Source of the DNA: Octopus sinensis
Taxonomy: Eukaryota
Length of the DNA stretch: 64,000 nucleotides
NCBI RefSeq assembly: GCF_006345805.1
Contig: NC_043005.1
Location: 49,104,001-49,168,000 of the forward strand
Direction of reading: 5' to 3'
Below the pieces are notes generated by a model. That model worked only from the letters and a program-made list of their open reading frames with translations, was not told the origin of the DNA and made no database searches. Made by a program: the position numbers and the translations under genes. This document shows positions 1 through 14,894 of this stretch, in pieces. Positions within the stretch are counted from its first letter, which is position 1; each line of letters opens with the position of its first letter.

Positions 1-369
1 TTATATTAAAATCCAGGAAAAGAGTACGGTGAAATTCTGTCAGGAGTGGCAAATTTTTAACGTTTCCAACAGTGTCCTTCTTCAAGTAAAAATTGAAAGG
101 AGAGAAATATATGAGAGCTGATCTTTAAATTCTCTATGTTAAAGGGATGAAAAAATAACCTGGTTCAAACAAATAAGGAATGCAGGACTACGTAAGCTTC
201 ATTAGTGAACAGGAAGTGGTAGGAGAAACAGTGTGAGAAGGAAGAAGCAAAGAGTAATGGTCGTTCTTTATGTTACTAGTCCTGTTTTCCATTTGCTTCT
301 CTCGTTGTTTGCTTATTCAACTCTTTTGTTTTCGTACTTCATGTTGCTTACTGTTTGTGACGTCCTGTG

Positions 370-377
370 CTCATATA

Positions 378-464
<87 letters not shown>

Positions 465-1247
465 GTAATGTATGTATGTATGTATGTATGTATGTATGTA
501 TGTATGCATATATTATCTATATTATTATTTGATTGAATACCGCGCATCTATTTCCAAATAAATTTATCTTAATCTTTTTGATGGTACTCTATCCTATACT
601 GTTCTCTCCCCTGTCGTTTTCTCTCTCATCCTTTCCCTAACTCCTTTTTTCTCCCCTTCACTATTTTCTATCTGTCTCTCTGTCTCCCTCTTTCTCCTTT
701 ACTCTTTCTCTCTCTCTCTATCTATCTATCCCTCTCTCTCTCGTTGCTCACACGTGACCACCGTCCATCTTTCTTTTCCTTCAGGGCTGTCCTAGAGGGT
801 GGCCGTATCCTATATATCTCTCTCTTCTATCTTTTCTCTTATCAAAGAAAATATTCCTCCAGCGTTCGTTATTTTACCCTTGTTCTGGTCTAACGACCCT
901 CCATGTTTGTTTTCGTTCGGTTTCCTTGTATGTCTCCAATGTCCTGTTTTTCTTCCCAACTTTGACCCTCCACAAATCCCAAATTTTATTTTGGTATATG
1001 TGGAAGCAACTGCTTTCGAAGACTTATATTGTTGTTCAATACTCGAAATGAGGAGTGTATAGGTAGCCAGCAACTGATGAAGGGTCGTTCTTTATGTTAC
1101 TTGTCCTGTCTTCCATTTGTTTCTTACCTTGTTTGTGTATTCAACTCATTTGTTTTCGAATTTCATGTTGTTTACTGTTTATGACGTCCTGTACCCATAT
1201 ATGCATACACACACACACACACATACACACACACACACACACCACAC

Positions 1248-1306
<59 letters not shown>

Positions 1307-1852
1307 TATATATATATATATGTATATGTATATATATATATAAAAAATAATAAATAAAACATATGCATATATACATGCATATATGTACGTACCTACATCT
1401 ATATGTATATATACATGAATATATGAGTACAGGACACCAAAAGAACGTCAAACAAAATGAGAAACGAAAACACACAAATAAAACCATGGAAACGGACATT
1501 TTTTTTAAACAACGAAAAAACAGAATACAAGACATGCAACACAAGGAAAATTCCCCTGCTTCGTCTACTCCGTGTTTCGAAGGTAAGGGCGAGACACAAC
1601 TTCATTGAAACAGTCCTTCCCGCAAAGCAAATTAAATAAAATTTGGGATTTTTTGCAAAGGGATAAAAGTGGTAACAAGAACAGAACAGTAAAAGCAAAA
1701 CAAGACAGTAAATATACAACTAAATACAGTAAAAGACAGAACAAGGAGAATAACAGTAACGGTAAGGGCTCTTAAGCCGAAACGAAGGAAAAATCATTTT
1801 GAACACTGTGAGAACAACGGCTTAAGAAAGGGACAGGAAGCCGTATATATGC

Positions 1853-1933
<81 letters not shown>

Positions 1934-2087
1934 AATGTGTGTGTGTATATATATATATATACATATATACATAGAGTGAGTCGCCATACATAAGAACAAT
2001 ATATTTTTTATAAGAAACAGTTTTTTTTATTTAATTGTTTCGTATTGAAAAATAATTTTTTCCTATGTATGGTGACTTTTAAAACAC

Positions 2088-2132
<45 letters not shown>

Positions 2133-2344
2133 TGTGTGTGTGTGTGTGTGTACGTGTGTGCATGCATACACGGGGAATGTGTATGTGTATGCATACGAGC
2201 GTATGTATGTACACGTTTTCATATATGTGCATGTATGTGAGTGCGCGTACATATCCGTATTTGTGTGCATATGCGTATATGCGTCTGTATATGTCTATGT
2301 ATATATACGTGTGTGTATATATATATGTGTGAATGCATGCGTAG

Positions 2345-2420
<76 letters not shown>

Positions 2421-2849
2421 TATATATGTTTGTATATGTGTATATGTGAAGATATATATTTATATGTATGGGTGTGAGTGTGTGCGTGGGTGTGTGTGTA
2501 TGTAAGCAGATATATATATGCGTGTAAGCGTGTGTATGCACACACACGATCATTTGGTATATATATATGCGTGCGAGTGTAGGTATGTTTATATATGTGT
2601 ATGTATGTGAGTGCACGTACATTTCCGAATATGTGAGCGTGTGTATATACGAATCTATATGTATATTCTTTTATTTGTTTCGGTCGTTTGATTGCGGCCA
2701 TGCTGGAGCACCGCCTTTAATCGAACAAATCGACTCCAAGACTTATTCTTTGTAAGCTTGGTACTTATTCTCTCGGGATTTTTGCCGAACTGCTAGTTAG
2801 AGGGAGGTAAACACACCAACATTGGTTGTCAAGCGATAATGGGGAGATC

Positions 2850-2890
<41 letters not shown>

Positions 2891-3070
2891 TTATATATAT
2901 ATACACGACGAGCTTCTTCCAGTTTCTGCCGGCCCGAGGCTATAGTAGAAGACACTTGCCCAAGGTGCCACACAGTGGGACTGAACCCGTAAGCATTTGA
3001 TTGGGAAGCAAGCTTTTTACCACACAGCCACTCCTGCGCCTGTAAATGTGTATGTATGTATGTATGTATG

Positions 3071-3168
<98 letters not shown>

Positions 3169-3230
3169 CATACATACACTTCATATATATATACATATAT
3201 ATATATATACATAAACGCAAACCTGGATGT
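370..3230. repeat. Dense (TA)n, (TG/CA)n and (TATG)n microsatellite field
   Basis: Long tracts at 381-510, 1205-1345, 1855-1965, 2090-2640, 2850-2905 and 3050-3215. Confidence 0.98.
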
Positions 3231-4209
3231 ATGTATAATACTACTACTGGATAGCATAGGGTAAATCTGAAGGTGGACGAGCTTTATACAGTACTCTATG
3301 TTCTTAACAGAATATGCCATAACTATATATGTGTGTGTGTGTGTATGCTGGCATTAATCCAGCACCACCGCTTGACAACCGTTGTTGGTTTGATTAAGTT
3401 CTCATAATCCAGCGTTTCGGCAAAAGACACCGATAGAATAAGCACCAGGCTTAAAAAGAAATAAGTATTGGGCTCGATTTGTCCGACTGAAAATCCTTCA
3501 AGGGGGTGCTCCAGTATGGCCGCAGTGCAATGACTGAAACGAGTAAAAGAACGGATAAAAATATTATCAAGTATCTTGTAAAGAGGACAATGGTGAAGAC
3601 GCATGGCTTAGTGGTTAGGGTATTTGACTCTCGATCGTAAGGTCATGGGTTCGAATCCTGGTGGCGTGTTGTATCTTTAAACAAGACACATAATTTCATG
3701 TTGCCCCAGTCTACTCAGCTGGCAAAAATGAGTACTACCTGTATCTCAAAGGGCCAACCTTGTCACATTCTATGTCACGCTGAATCTTGCTAAGAACTAC
3801 GTTAAGGGAACGTACGTATGCGTCGTTCTCAGCCACTTGCAGGTTCATTTCACTATCAAGCTGTTCAGTTGATCGAATCAACAGGAACATTCGTCGTCGT
3901 GTATCCTCGATTGGTCATAATTTATTTCGCTAAAATATACACCCAGAATACACTCTAAAATCAATTAGATGTCATAGCAAGAAAGTGAACTGGTATCGCA
4001 ACGTATTAAAAATATCACGCAACTACTGAAAAACAAAATATTTAAAAGTTATGTATCTAAATACAAAATTCTCCGAGTGGATGTGTGGTAAGTAGCTTGC
4101 TTACCAGCCACATGATTCCGGGTTCAGTCCCACTGCGTGGCACGTTGGGCAAGTGTCATATATATATATATATATGGCCACATCTCGTGAGCTGAAACTA
4201 GAATCAATC

Positions 4210-4244
<35 letters not shown>

Positions 4245-6540
4245 GTTTGTCCCCGCAACATCGCTTCACAACCGATGCTAGTGTGTTTACGTCCCCGTAA
4301 CTTAGCGGATCGACCAAAGAGACCAATAGAATAAGTACTAGGCTTACAACGAATAAGTCCTGGGGTCGATTTGCTCGACTAAAGGCGATGCTCCAGCATG
4401 GCCGAAGTCAAATGACTGAAACAAGTAAAAGAATACCTTATACATCTATATATGCAACCCCTCCTGTTTCCATAAGTTCTTTTACAATTTCTTTTAACTA
4501 TCTTTAATTAAATCAATGACAGGCATATGATAAAAGGCTAAACTGCAATTATTTTACCGATCACAGATATCACAATCGAGTGAAATGAGTGTACATAAGT
4601 TGTAGTAAACAATTTATCAAAATATAGCATTTACTCAAACAAACTACGTTGAGTTCTCTTCATCAACGGGCTTCAAGTTATTTCGCACCAGGCATTAGTT
4701 TCATGTAAGACAATTTTTCCACAGAAGAGGGATCACATGTATAACAAAACACAATAAAGTACATAATATACAATTTGATTATTACATGTACGATACATAT
4801 GTATTACATACATAATATATCTATATATATTTTATAAAGCAAAAACACCCTGCAGACTGCGATAAAGGAAAAGAAAATTTAACATTTTATTCTTTCTGCG
4901 CAGGCCTATACCAAATGATCCACGGCCCAGTACTGGTCCGCAGTCCGATAGTTAGGAAACTCTACGTGTTTTATGGTCAACTTAGTGCTCAACAAAAAAT
5001 ACTAAAAATAAATTACGTTCTTTTTACTGTGCCTTTTCTACCATAGATATGCAACATATTGAAGCAACTTCTCGACTTACCAGTCAAAAATTATATCAAC
5101 CCCTTCCAAAAAAAAATAATAATAATAATAAACGGAAAACACATATTCGTTGGACATAATAACCAAAATCATAAATTCAAATTTGGATTTAACTCGTGTA
5201 AATGTCAACTGAACAAAATTTTATGGCAAAATTTCAAAGAGGAATTGTTTTCAGTAATTAATAATCTAAGAGCGGTGACGACGACAAGCTGGCAGAATAA
5301 TTAACGAAATGCTTAGCCGCGCAGTGGAATTTTGCTAGGAACCACGTGACGGTGAAGCGACTCATGACTATGATAGTAAATGGAATGAAGCCGTGTCTCA
5401 AATCAAGATTTGGAAAAGCCTTGACTTAAATCTTGCTTTATGACGCTTGTGGCTGAAAAATAATTCTTCCTGTGACTTGAACCCTCGCACGTAAACTTTA
5501 TCGATTGTTTTATTTCCTAATCCTGATAGTTACGCGAAGTGAGACAACACGAAATATATGAAATATAAAATCAGACACACAGAATGTATCCTATAGATTT
5601 GATCATCGACTATAAGTAATTACTCTGGTGAATTATTGATTCGGCTGCCTCGGCCTTCCCCAGTGTGTGAGGATTACTTTCCTCTGATTACTGTTTATAA
5701 CATGTCTAAATTAATTTTGTATAAGTAAACTTTTTTCTTTTTCTTTTTTTTCTTTTTTTTTTTTGTACTTTTAAAAGTGGATGTTGGTAAATGGAAAGCG
5801 ATTGGAATGAAAAGATTAAATTGAGGTTCTTTCAGGCCGGTTTTGAAATTAATGATTTTACATCGTCGCATACACACATTGACAGTCCTCGAAGGCAAAT
5901 TTGCAGTTCGCCAATCATTATGAACAATGACGTATCTCGCCAACTAATCTATTCTGACAACTCTGAATTGCTTTCTGAAAGCAATTCTAAATAAAATGCA
6001 ATTACTTCATTTTACCTTTGCTTATAATTTTAACAATACACCATCAGAAACATTAACAAAGTGACTTTAGTTGCATTGATTTTTCTATTATTGCTTAATA
6101 GAAATATAGAATTGAGTTGTAAAACGACAATTTTTATCACCTTCGCTGCCAGACAAAGATGAACATTTCTTTTTCTAGTTAAGAAATTACCAGTGATTTG
6201 AGTTCTAATTTTCATAAATTCACTTCTTACGTGGGAGGAATGGTGAGCGGAAGGAGTTATTTTATTACTTTTACGAAACTTTACAAAAACTTTACGACAA
6301 AACGCAGACTTTGTCAAAGTTATCAGTGACAAATCTGCTGTTGTACACGAATCATCGAGTACAAAAATATGATTAGATATTCGATTAGTTAACTTTGATA
6401 TGGAGAAAGGACTCATAACCTTTTTTCATTTATCTATTTATTTATCTATTTATTTATTTTTAAGTTTTCCAGTTTCCCAAAGGATTTTCAATGTCCTCAT
6501 ATCCTTTTTGGCGGACAGCTAAAACTGAAAGTAGCCCGTC

Positions 6541-6602
<62 letters not shown>

Positions 6603-7275
6603 CTGTGTATATGTTTGTGTGTCTGTGTTTGTCCCCCACCCCACCCCACTCCGCCCCAACATCGCTTGACAACCGATGCTGGTGTGTTTACGTCCCCGTA
6701 ACTTAGCGGTTCGGCAAAAGAGATCGATAGAATAAGTACTAGGCTTACAAAGAATAAGTCCTGGGGTCGATTTGCCCAACTAAAGGCGGTGCTCCAGCAT
6801 GGCCGCAGTCAAATGACTGAAACAAGTAAAAGAGTAAAGAGTAAAAGGAGCTAAAATCATCTTCACAACCACCAGGCATTACAACATACAAGCATGACTT
6901 CGAAATATGATAACCAACGAAAAAAAAAAAACAATCATAAATATTTTATAATTATTCATAGAATACTATGCTAGAGACCGAGTTCCATACCCCTAACCGT
7001 TCGGTTTCCTTACCCTCAAGGGGTCTAGATATCAGCAGGTAAAAAAAACCCTGATATAAAGAAATGTTGAAAGGTTTGAAAATACCAATAAAATACCATG
7101 AAATGAAATAAATAATTGTGTAAGGCAAGGGTGTTCAACCAGGGAGCTACGGAGCAGTACCGGGTCATGGAACATTTGGTACCAGACGAACAGAAAGAAT
7201 AAATTTTGAAATATTGTTTCTATTTCATTGACTAACACATTCTACAGGGTGTCTTTTGCATTGTATATATGTGTA

Positions 7276-7613
7276 AAGGGTAAAGACCCCCTTCGGTCAT
7301 GAATGACCATGGGATTGCACCTAGAAAGTTACCCTCCAAGACACAAGTCCGGGCAAGGTTGTTTATGGAAGGCCAGCAGTCGCCCATGCATACCAGCCTC
7401 CCCTCTCCACCAGTGTTATCCAAGGGAAAGACAAAGGTCGACACAGCTTGGCACCAGCGATGTCGCAACTCATTTCTACAGCTGAGTGAACTTGAGCAAC
7501 GTGAAATAAAGTGCCTTGCTCGAGAACACAACACGCAGCCCGGTCCGGGATTCGAGCTCACAACTTCACGATCGTAAGCTCGACGCTCTAACCACTGAGC
7601 CATGCGCCTTCAC
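7276..7613 (-). mobile_element. tRNA-derived SINE family B
   Basis: Head GGCGCATGGCTCAGTGGTTAGAGCG...TCGAATCCC; 12-bp TSD tatatatgtgta at 7264-7275 and 7614-7625. Confidence 0.88.
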
Positions 7614-9971
7614 TATATATGTGTATATAGTGTTATACACTATATATGTGTATAATATATAATACATATAGTACACACACACACACGTGTAATATATAAC
7701 ACATATATTACATATGTATAATATAAGTGATATATAATACGTGCGTTACATAGTATTGTATATGTAATAATGAAAGTAAACAGATGCACTTTATTGCGTT
7801 TTGTCATGCACTTAATCACTCTGTTTTTTTGGTGCAAAAAAAAAAGTTGGGGACCGCTGATATACGGACTAACGAATATTCCTTATTCCAATAGTTCCCT
7901 AGATTGCATCAAAGAATTTGCAGGGGCACAAATACAGAAGAATGTAATGATTGGGACAAATTCAGAAGAATATATTTTGTTTATCGCCTGCTCTCAACAC
8001 GTTTGTTGCCGCCAGTGATATGTTGGTTTTGTATTCTTACACCGGCAGGTAGATAATATAGTTTTACAACGCTAATAAATATCACAAAGACATTTTTGCT
8101 TGACTTTAAAAGTAGTTCTTGAAAGAGTAAAGTCAATAGGGATCATTGAACTACAACAACCACCAAGTAATTTGACACCATGTTCTCATCACTGATTCTT
8201 CTGTTGGATTATTCGATGATAATCCGAGAGTATATGCCGAAAAACTAAGGGACATAACTCTTAAGGCGCTATATAGGAGTTACTTCCCCTGAAACAATTT
8301 AACTGATTACTAGCATTTTAATTATTCTAATAGTATATGTGCCCGAAACTTATGATTTTACTATCCTTTGAAATTAAAAAGAAAAGGAAATATTTTTTCT
8401 TTAAATCATTAGAGTCTGTATCAAATTTGCTACTAATTGAAAATATCTGTCATTCTTCTATATTGTACGCCGAGAGATTTTGGGCCCAGGGTGATTACTG
8501 TGGAAAATTCAAAAATGTACATGCTATTTAGCAATTGTGTACGGAAGACTAACTTGGTCTCTCTCTCTCTCTCTGCAAGCTTCATTAATCGGTATCACTT
8601 CCAGTTAAATTATTTTTTTAAATAACGTAATATGACATTACTAAATCATTTTTTAACAAGATCGTAAAATATGACAACGGAAAAATAATTAGGAAAAACA
8701 GAATTTTCTGTTCATCTCATAGCTGGTTCTTTATTCCTCTATATCCTTAAGTTTAAAATTAAATTTCCATTAAAAAATATAGAAGGACCCCGATTCACAA
8801 AATGTCTGCGTCGCAAAAAGTGAGTTTTAAAATTTGTACCATAATTTACATGAAATGCAATAATAACAGAGAGAAAAATGTTAATTCCTTATTCCTTACA
8901 TTTCGACATTTTGATTTCTGTTATGAAATGCATTGGAACAATTCAACGCTTGGAAGGACAATAAAAAATTGAAGGATGTGGCATTGCCGTTTGGCGGGGG
9001 TGGTGATTGCAAGTGTCTTCCACAAAATCCCCAGTGCGACCAAAGCCTTGTGAGCGGATTTGATAGACAGAAACGGAAAGAAATCCGTCATGTGTGTGTG
9101 TGTGTATGTGCGTGTGCATGTGTGTGTGTGTGTGTGTGTGTGATTGTGTGCGTGTCCTTATCCCCAACCGTTTGACAACCGGTATTGGTTTACTGTGCCT
9201 GAGTGAGGTTCATACAAATGCCGTCAAAAGTAGTTTCGATTTGGTTGAACAAGAACGAAGCTGCCTATTTTCATTTCAGCTCCATGAAAGATATTCAAAG
9301 TGTCATCGAAAAAGTCTGATCCATCTTTTAGAACCATCAAGCTTCTTTACTATAAACAAGAGATCTATGGCGTTCGTAATGAGTAATGCTTGCTCTGTTA
9401 GGTATTTGTGCATGTTTTCACGAACTGGGTGACCATTAAGAAGATTTTGGCCAATGGAAAAATAACAAAGGCGTCGAATTAACTAAATTCTAAGACCATT
9501 AAACATGATTGCTGACATTGTGTTAGTGTAGACTCATACATAGACTGCTTTACGCCAGAGTTTACTATACAAGAAGATAGTTTTGCTTAACTCCATCAAA
9601 ACCACTTTTGGCATGATCAGCAAATTTTCGTTTGGATGAGTTCTCTAAATTATTTCAGAGATCCTTTAGAGTAACAAAGTTTGGTTTTATTAGAAGAGGA
9701 TTTTGTTTTTTCGTTTTTTCATCGGCGTAACGATCTGTGCCCCTATTATATTTCTATGTTGATTTCATTGTATATCCTAGGAAAGGTATTATCATTTGAC
9801 TTTTTTATACAGTATGGAAAAGGATTATGACAGTCTTCTATTATTGTAGAACTTAAATTTAATTGACGTTTACTGCTTTGCAAGTTAGTAACATAAGCAA
9901 CAAAATTAGAATTTTATTCATAATCATTTTTGTCTTTCATATCATATTGCCATAAATACACACAATGGGTA

Positions 9972-10985
9972 TACGAAGGTGAGCTGACTATGAAAGAGTG
10001 ATGCTAAAGCTGTAAAACCTTGCATGCATTAATTTTAACACTTCTTATGAATAACTTCATCCCCCGCTTCCCAGGTAAACTGATATCTCACTGTTCAAAG
10101 AACATTTCAAAAGTAATAATGACTTCTCTTGAAAATGGACAAAATTTGGCATTTTGGTGTTATAGAGGTACCTGCAAAAAAGAGTTTAGCTCCCCTAGGA
10201 CATTTATACTGACATGGTTGCCACTTTAACTATATCAACAGTGCAAAAGTGGACATCTGAACTTAGATGACCCAACGTTTGAATGTCCTGCAATTGTCAC
10301 TACCGAACAAAACATTGATCATACTCACCACATGGTGATGGATGACAGTTAATTGACTACAAATCAAATAGCCAATGCTATTAGTATATATGCCGTGAGA
10401 AAGTTGAGAATATTCTGCAAAGTGAACTTGGCATGACAAAGATTTCTGTTCAGTGGGTGCCACGTCATCTGACACCTGATCAAGAGCACACCAGGCTGAT
10501 CACATCACAGGAAAACCTGACATTGTTTCAGGTAGATCCAGCTGGTTTCCTTGTACATTTCCTAAGCCAGGATGAATGTTGGGTTCATCAATTTGAGCCA
10601 GTGACAAGCAGATAATCCATGCAGTGGAAACCACCACCCCTCCTCACCTGCTCCAAAGAAAACCAAGGTGATTTCAACTGCAGGGAAGGTGATGGCCTCA
10701 GTTTTTTTGGATACAAAAAGCAGTGTTTATTGACTATCTTTAAAAGGGCCACACCATCATTGGAGAGTACCATGCCAACTTGCTGAGGCAGTTATGAAAG
10801 GCTATAAAGGCCAAACGTCCAGGAAAGCTGATGAAAGGGGTCTGGTTTCATCGGGACACTGCTTCAGCACACAAGTCCTTGGTTTCAGTGGCTGCCGTGT
10901 GTGATTATGGCTTTGAACAGGTTGATCACCCTCCCTATTCTCCTAATTTAACCCATCTGACTATCATCTGTTCCCCAAAATAAAA
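9972..10985 (+). pseudogene. Decayed mariner (DD34D) transposase, 3'-truncated
   Basis: WVPRHLT, QDECWVH, KVMASVF, HPPYS...SDYHLFP remnants spread over several frames; tacgaagg TIR-like start. Confidence 0.88.
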
Positions 10986-11694
10986 ACTACTTTGGCCACA
11001 TTCCACGAGAGGATCTCGACCAGCCTGTAGACCTTTCAGCCAACCCTTGTAACTGACCAGGCCTAAATGAATATGCTACCTTTTTGCTAGACTTTTAGCC
11101 AACCCAGTTTCATAGTCACTCTGTCTAAGAATATATATACATATATATGTTTTTGTGTGTGTAGTCTAACAGTGGCCTGCCCTTCGCCAGGTCCTGTGCA
11201 TGTGGATATTCTCCAGCACCCTCTACACAACCTGGGAGGACCAGTACCCACCCCTGCTGCTGTTAATATTACTGGAACTTTGGTTGCCATGACTAGACCT
11301 GGGGTGAATACTGAAGTGGTTTCCCATTGCCTTCTCCAGTCAGGTGAGATTTGAACTCAGAATGTAGTGAGCCAGAAAAAATTTCATAAAGCATCTCTGC
11401 TGAAGCGCCAATGATTTTTCCACCCTCCCACTCACAGAATAACGTGAAATGAAGTGTTGGCATTTAAAATATATTGACTTGTGAAAGCAATGAGCAAAGA
11501 ATTGCAATGAATCAAGTGTACACAATATTTTTAGGCACACAGGGTGAATTTTTCAGACCAAAATTTGCAGATAAAAAGGTATACACTAGGACAAGTCTAA
11601 AGGGCCAAAAATTCCATGTGAAGTGCAGCAGAATTTAGAAAGATAGTGATGATGATGTTTGAATGTTTACACTACTTGTTTACAATATATACTA

Positions 11695-11915
11695 AGGTGG
11701 CAAGCTAGCAGAAACATTAGCACGCCGGGCAAAATGCTTCGCAGTATTTCATGTCTTTTCATTCTGAGTTCAAATTCTGCTGAGGTCAACTTTGCCTTTC
11801 ATCCTTTCAGGGTTGATAAATTAAGTACCAGTTGTGTACTGGGGTTGATCTAATCGATTGGGCCCCTCCCAAAAAATTTTGGGCCTTGTGCCTAGAGTAG
11901 AAAAGAATATATACT
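11695..11915 (+). mobile_element. SINE family D (central GTCAACTTTGCCTTTCATCCTTT domain)
   Basis: The same sequence recurs inverted at about 34560-34720, 43260-43460 and 52260-52460. Confidence 0.75.
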
Positions 11916-12055
11916 ATGTCAACTTGTATGCTGAAAAATATGACATTTCACTGATATTAATAGACACACATACATGGGATTATAGCTGCAACTAAGATAA
12001 AAAGGCTTGAATAGAGAAGTATTTTTTCACAAACATTTGAATTTATGTATCAATT

Positions 12056-12129
12056 TTTATTCATTAATTTTTTTTTTGTTTATCTAAAAATAACAACAAA
12101 AACAGAATGCATTTAGACGTAATTTTATT
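12056..12129 (-). terminator. Candidate poly(A) signals for ABCF3
   Basis: AATAAA on the minus strand at 12124-12129 and 12056-12061, 75-150 nt past the stop. The site actually used is unknown. Confidence 0.45.
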
Positions 12130-12203
12130 GAAAATCAGGAAAATAGATATACAAAGAATCCTAATTTTCCCAGATAACTAATTTATGAGGTAAGAGACTG
12201 TTG

Positions 12204-12356
12204 TCATAGAGTAGCTTGAAGTTCTTGCTCAACAATCTGTTTGTACTCATCGAAGCCACCTTCCAAACTTCTCACAGTTCCCCCTTGAACTACCCATAGT
12301 TCATTGCAAATAACTCGAATAAGTCTTTCGTCGTGAGATACTAAAATGACACCACC
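12204..12356 (-). CDS. ABCF3: ABCF3 exon 19, last coding exon (GGVILVSHDERLI...LQATL*)
   Basis: ttacag acceptor; TGA at 12204-12206. Confidence 0.96.
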   Translation of the reverse strand, partial: GGVILVSHDERLIRVICNELWVVQGGTVRSLEGGFDEYKQIVEQELQATL

Positions 12357-13789
12357 CTGTAAAAAGACAAAGAAGAAAAATGATACACAACTGTTTTTGT
12401 AAATTAATAAGAAAAGTAATATTTTTAAATACTGTACTACGTAAAATTCCATCCCTGGATCTTCTGTCCGCAATTCCTCTGCAGAGGAATTGCAGATCTG
12501 GAGAGACTCTCAGATCTCTGAGTTACTTAAAATTAATTTTTAGAAATCAATATTTAACAGCACAAATTAATATTTGCTCTTACCACATTTCTTTTGCTGA
12601 AGAGTAGGTTTTTCACAGATACACTTATGCCTCATATTTCAGTTACATAACCTATCCAAAACTCCAGTTTCCATAGCAATAAGCAGATGGAAAACAATTC
12701 TTCCATTCGATATAAAGCAATTTTCATTGGAGGAACTGAACTCAACACTGAAAGTTACCAAAATACTAGTCAGTTCTGTAACACAGTGTACTTGGTCCTC
12801 AAAAGTCAGTGTCCTTGGCCACAGACAACAAAAGATACTGACCAATTCTTTGTCTATTGTCCACTACCTTACTAACAATATCATCTATGCTCTCACATTC
12901 CTGGCAATAACATTTAATTCCTTTTAAGAATGAAATTGTTTTCTTTTGGTGGTATCAGAATAGGACATTCTTAACATCAATACATGAACAGTAATAACCA
13001 ACCATGCTATATTCTTTAACTGCTATATAAAATAAATAAATGATATAAATTATATACTGTTGGTGATATATATATATAGGTGTAAGGTGTAAATACTGAC
13101 AAAAAATAAAAAGCAATTAAACCATGCAATTAAATGCATGCACAGATAGGAATACATTCCAAAGAAAGACAAGATGGAATAGACACTACAATATCAGGAA
13201 GAAGAAACATGAAAAACAGACAGTCATTGAAAAGCTCAAAGAATGTGTAACAAAAGAACTGACAAATAAAGGGTAATAATAATAATAATAATGTAAAGAT
13301 AAAATAAATAGTGCATATGTTTCATGGCAAAATGACTGTCCCGAAATATAACAAATTAAACTAGTGCTTTTGAACAAAACCCTTGTGGGTGCATTCTTGA
13401 ACCAAGTTGCACAGACGCTCTCTCATCATTCTCACTATCAGCATAAATGCAGTGAACTAATGATGTCTCATTGGAAACCTACAAAACGATGATAGGTATC
13501 AACTACCTTAATTGTTTACCTAGTTTCCATTCTTTCAAATAGATAATTTCGTTTATATAAATTATTTACCAGCATATCAAAGGTTATCAATCTTAAACTG
13601 CTAAATAAGAACGAGAAATAAAATATAATATGCTTAGTCACCACAGACAAATCAAAAGAAAACAGACTTGCAACCTGTAACAAATAGTAGCTAAGCAAAC
13701 AAATCTAACTGAGAACACTGTTTAGTAACTGAGTTCTTTTGTCTAGGCACCAGTTTCTGTACATTTATTTATATTATTCATTTTATCAT

Positions 13790-14177
13790 GGATGGAAGCA
13801 CTCCGTCGGTTACGACGACAAGGGTTCCGGTTGATCTGAATCAACGGAACAGCCTGCTCGTGAAATTAACGTGTAAGTGGCTGAGCACTTCACAGACACG
13901 TGTACCCTTAACGTAGTTCTCGGGGATATTCAGCGTGACACAGAGAATGACAAGGCCGGCCCTTTGAAATACAGGTACAACAGAAACAGGAAGAAAGCAT
14001 GAGAGAAAGTTGTGGTGAAAGAGTACAGCAGGGATCACCACCATCCCCTGCCAGAGCCTCGTGGAGGTTTAGGTGTTTTCGCTCAATAAACACTCACAAC
14101 GCCCGGTATGGGAATTGAAACCGCGATCCTATGACTGCAAGTCCGCTGCCCTAACCACTGGGCCATTGCGCCTCCAC
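13790..14177 (-). mobile_element. tRNA-derived SINE family C
   Basis: Head GGCGCAATGGCCCAGTGGTTAGGGC; 12-bp TSD tcattttatcat at 13778-89 and 14178-89. Its 3' half is shared with the copy at 3595-3900 (+). Confidence 0.88.
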
Positions 14178-14894
14178 TCATTTTATCATATGCTGGTATG
14201 GGATACACAAGTAAAAAGAAAAATGTAGACATAAGACATAGGTTGAAGGGAGATAAGAAAGAGAGTGAAATAAGGAAAGCCCACCCAACAAAAGTCCACT
14301 TCGAAATGGACGCTTATTGTAGTTAGGACTGCAAACAAACTCCTCATCAGCTATCTTTTAATCTTTAACTGTTCATTATAAGCACCAATTTTTAATGCAA
14401 TAAAATTCATTCTTCTGTATGGGACCCTGCGAGAAGCAACCGACCAAGCTCCAGATTAACCAGATAGCAATCAGTTAGATATACCAAGTAATTCTGATCA
14501 TTTAAACTAGAACTGTCAAGAACCATTTCTTGACAGAATAGAAAAGAATTACCAAACACCTGTCTAGTTAAAAACTAAAAAGGCATGATAGCAATTATCA
14601 AACAACCCATTCAGACAAATCATCCTGATAAAGATCTGAGTATGTCTCCAGTGCGCAATTTGCCCTTTATGCTATCATGCGTCCACGAATAAATAAAAAT
14701 GGGGGAGTGAAAATAAAATCATTTCAAACATCTATGAATACTTGCAAGTTTTTGTTTTTGTCTTTTGTTCAAAATGCTCATACAGTTAACTTTTTCACAA
14801 GTTTATATCTTAATTTACACCTCCTCCAAAAGATTTTTAAAAATTTCTTTTATACACAGCGCCTCTATGCTGTTTTCTGTTGTATGGGAGAGGG

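Noticed and set aside
233-3320. Many ORFs rich in IYIYIY/CVCVCV/HTHTHT
   Set aside because: They are translations of dinucleotide microsatellites, which lack stops in most frames; no coding signal.
3595-3665. tRNA-like sequences here and at about 7545-7612, 14105-14176, 23140-23210 and 41579-41650
   Set aside because: A/B boxes are present but there is no complete cloverleaf or acceptor stem, and each continues into a SINE body.
5695-6416. Non-repetitive ORFs (5791-5994 +, 5695-5943 -, 6030-6416 -) and a possible small exon near 6195-6243
   Set aside because: No recognisable motif and no consistent exon chain.
9280-9410. AG..GT-bounded open segment on the plus strand
   Set aside because: Isolated, with no recognisable peptide or partner exons.
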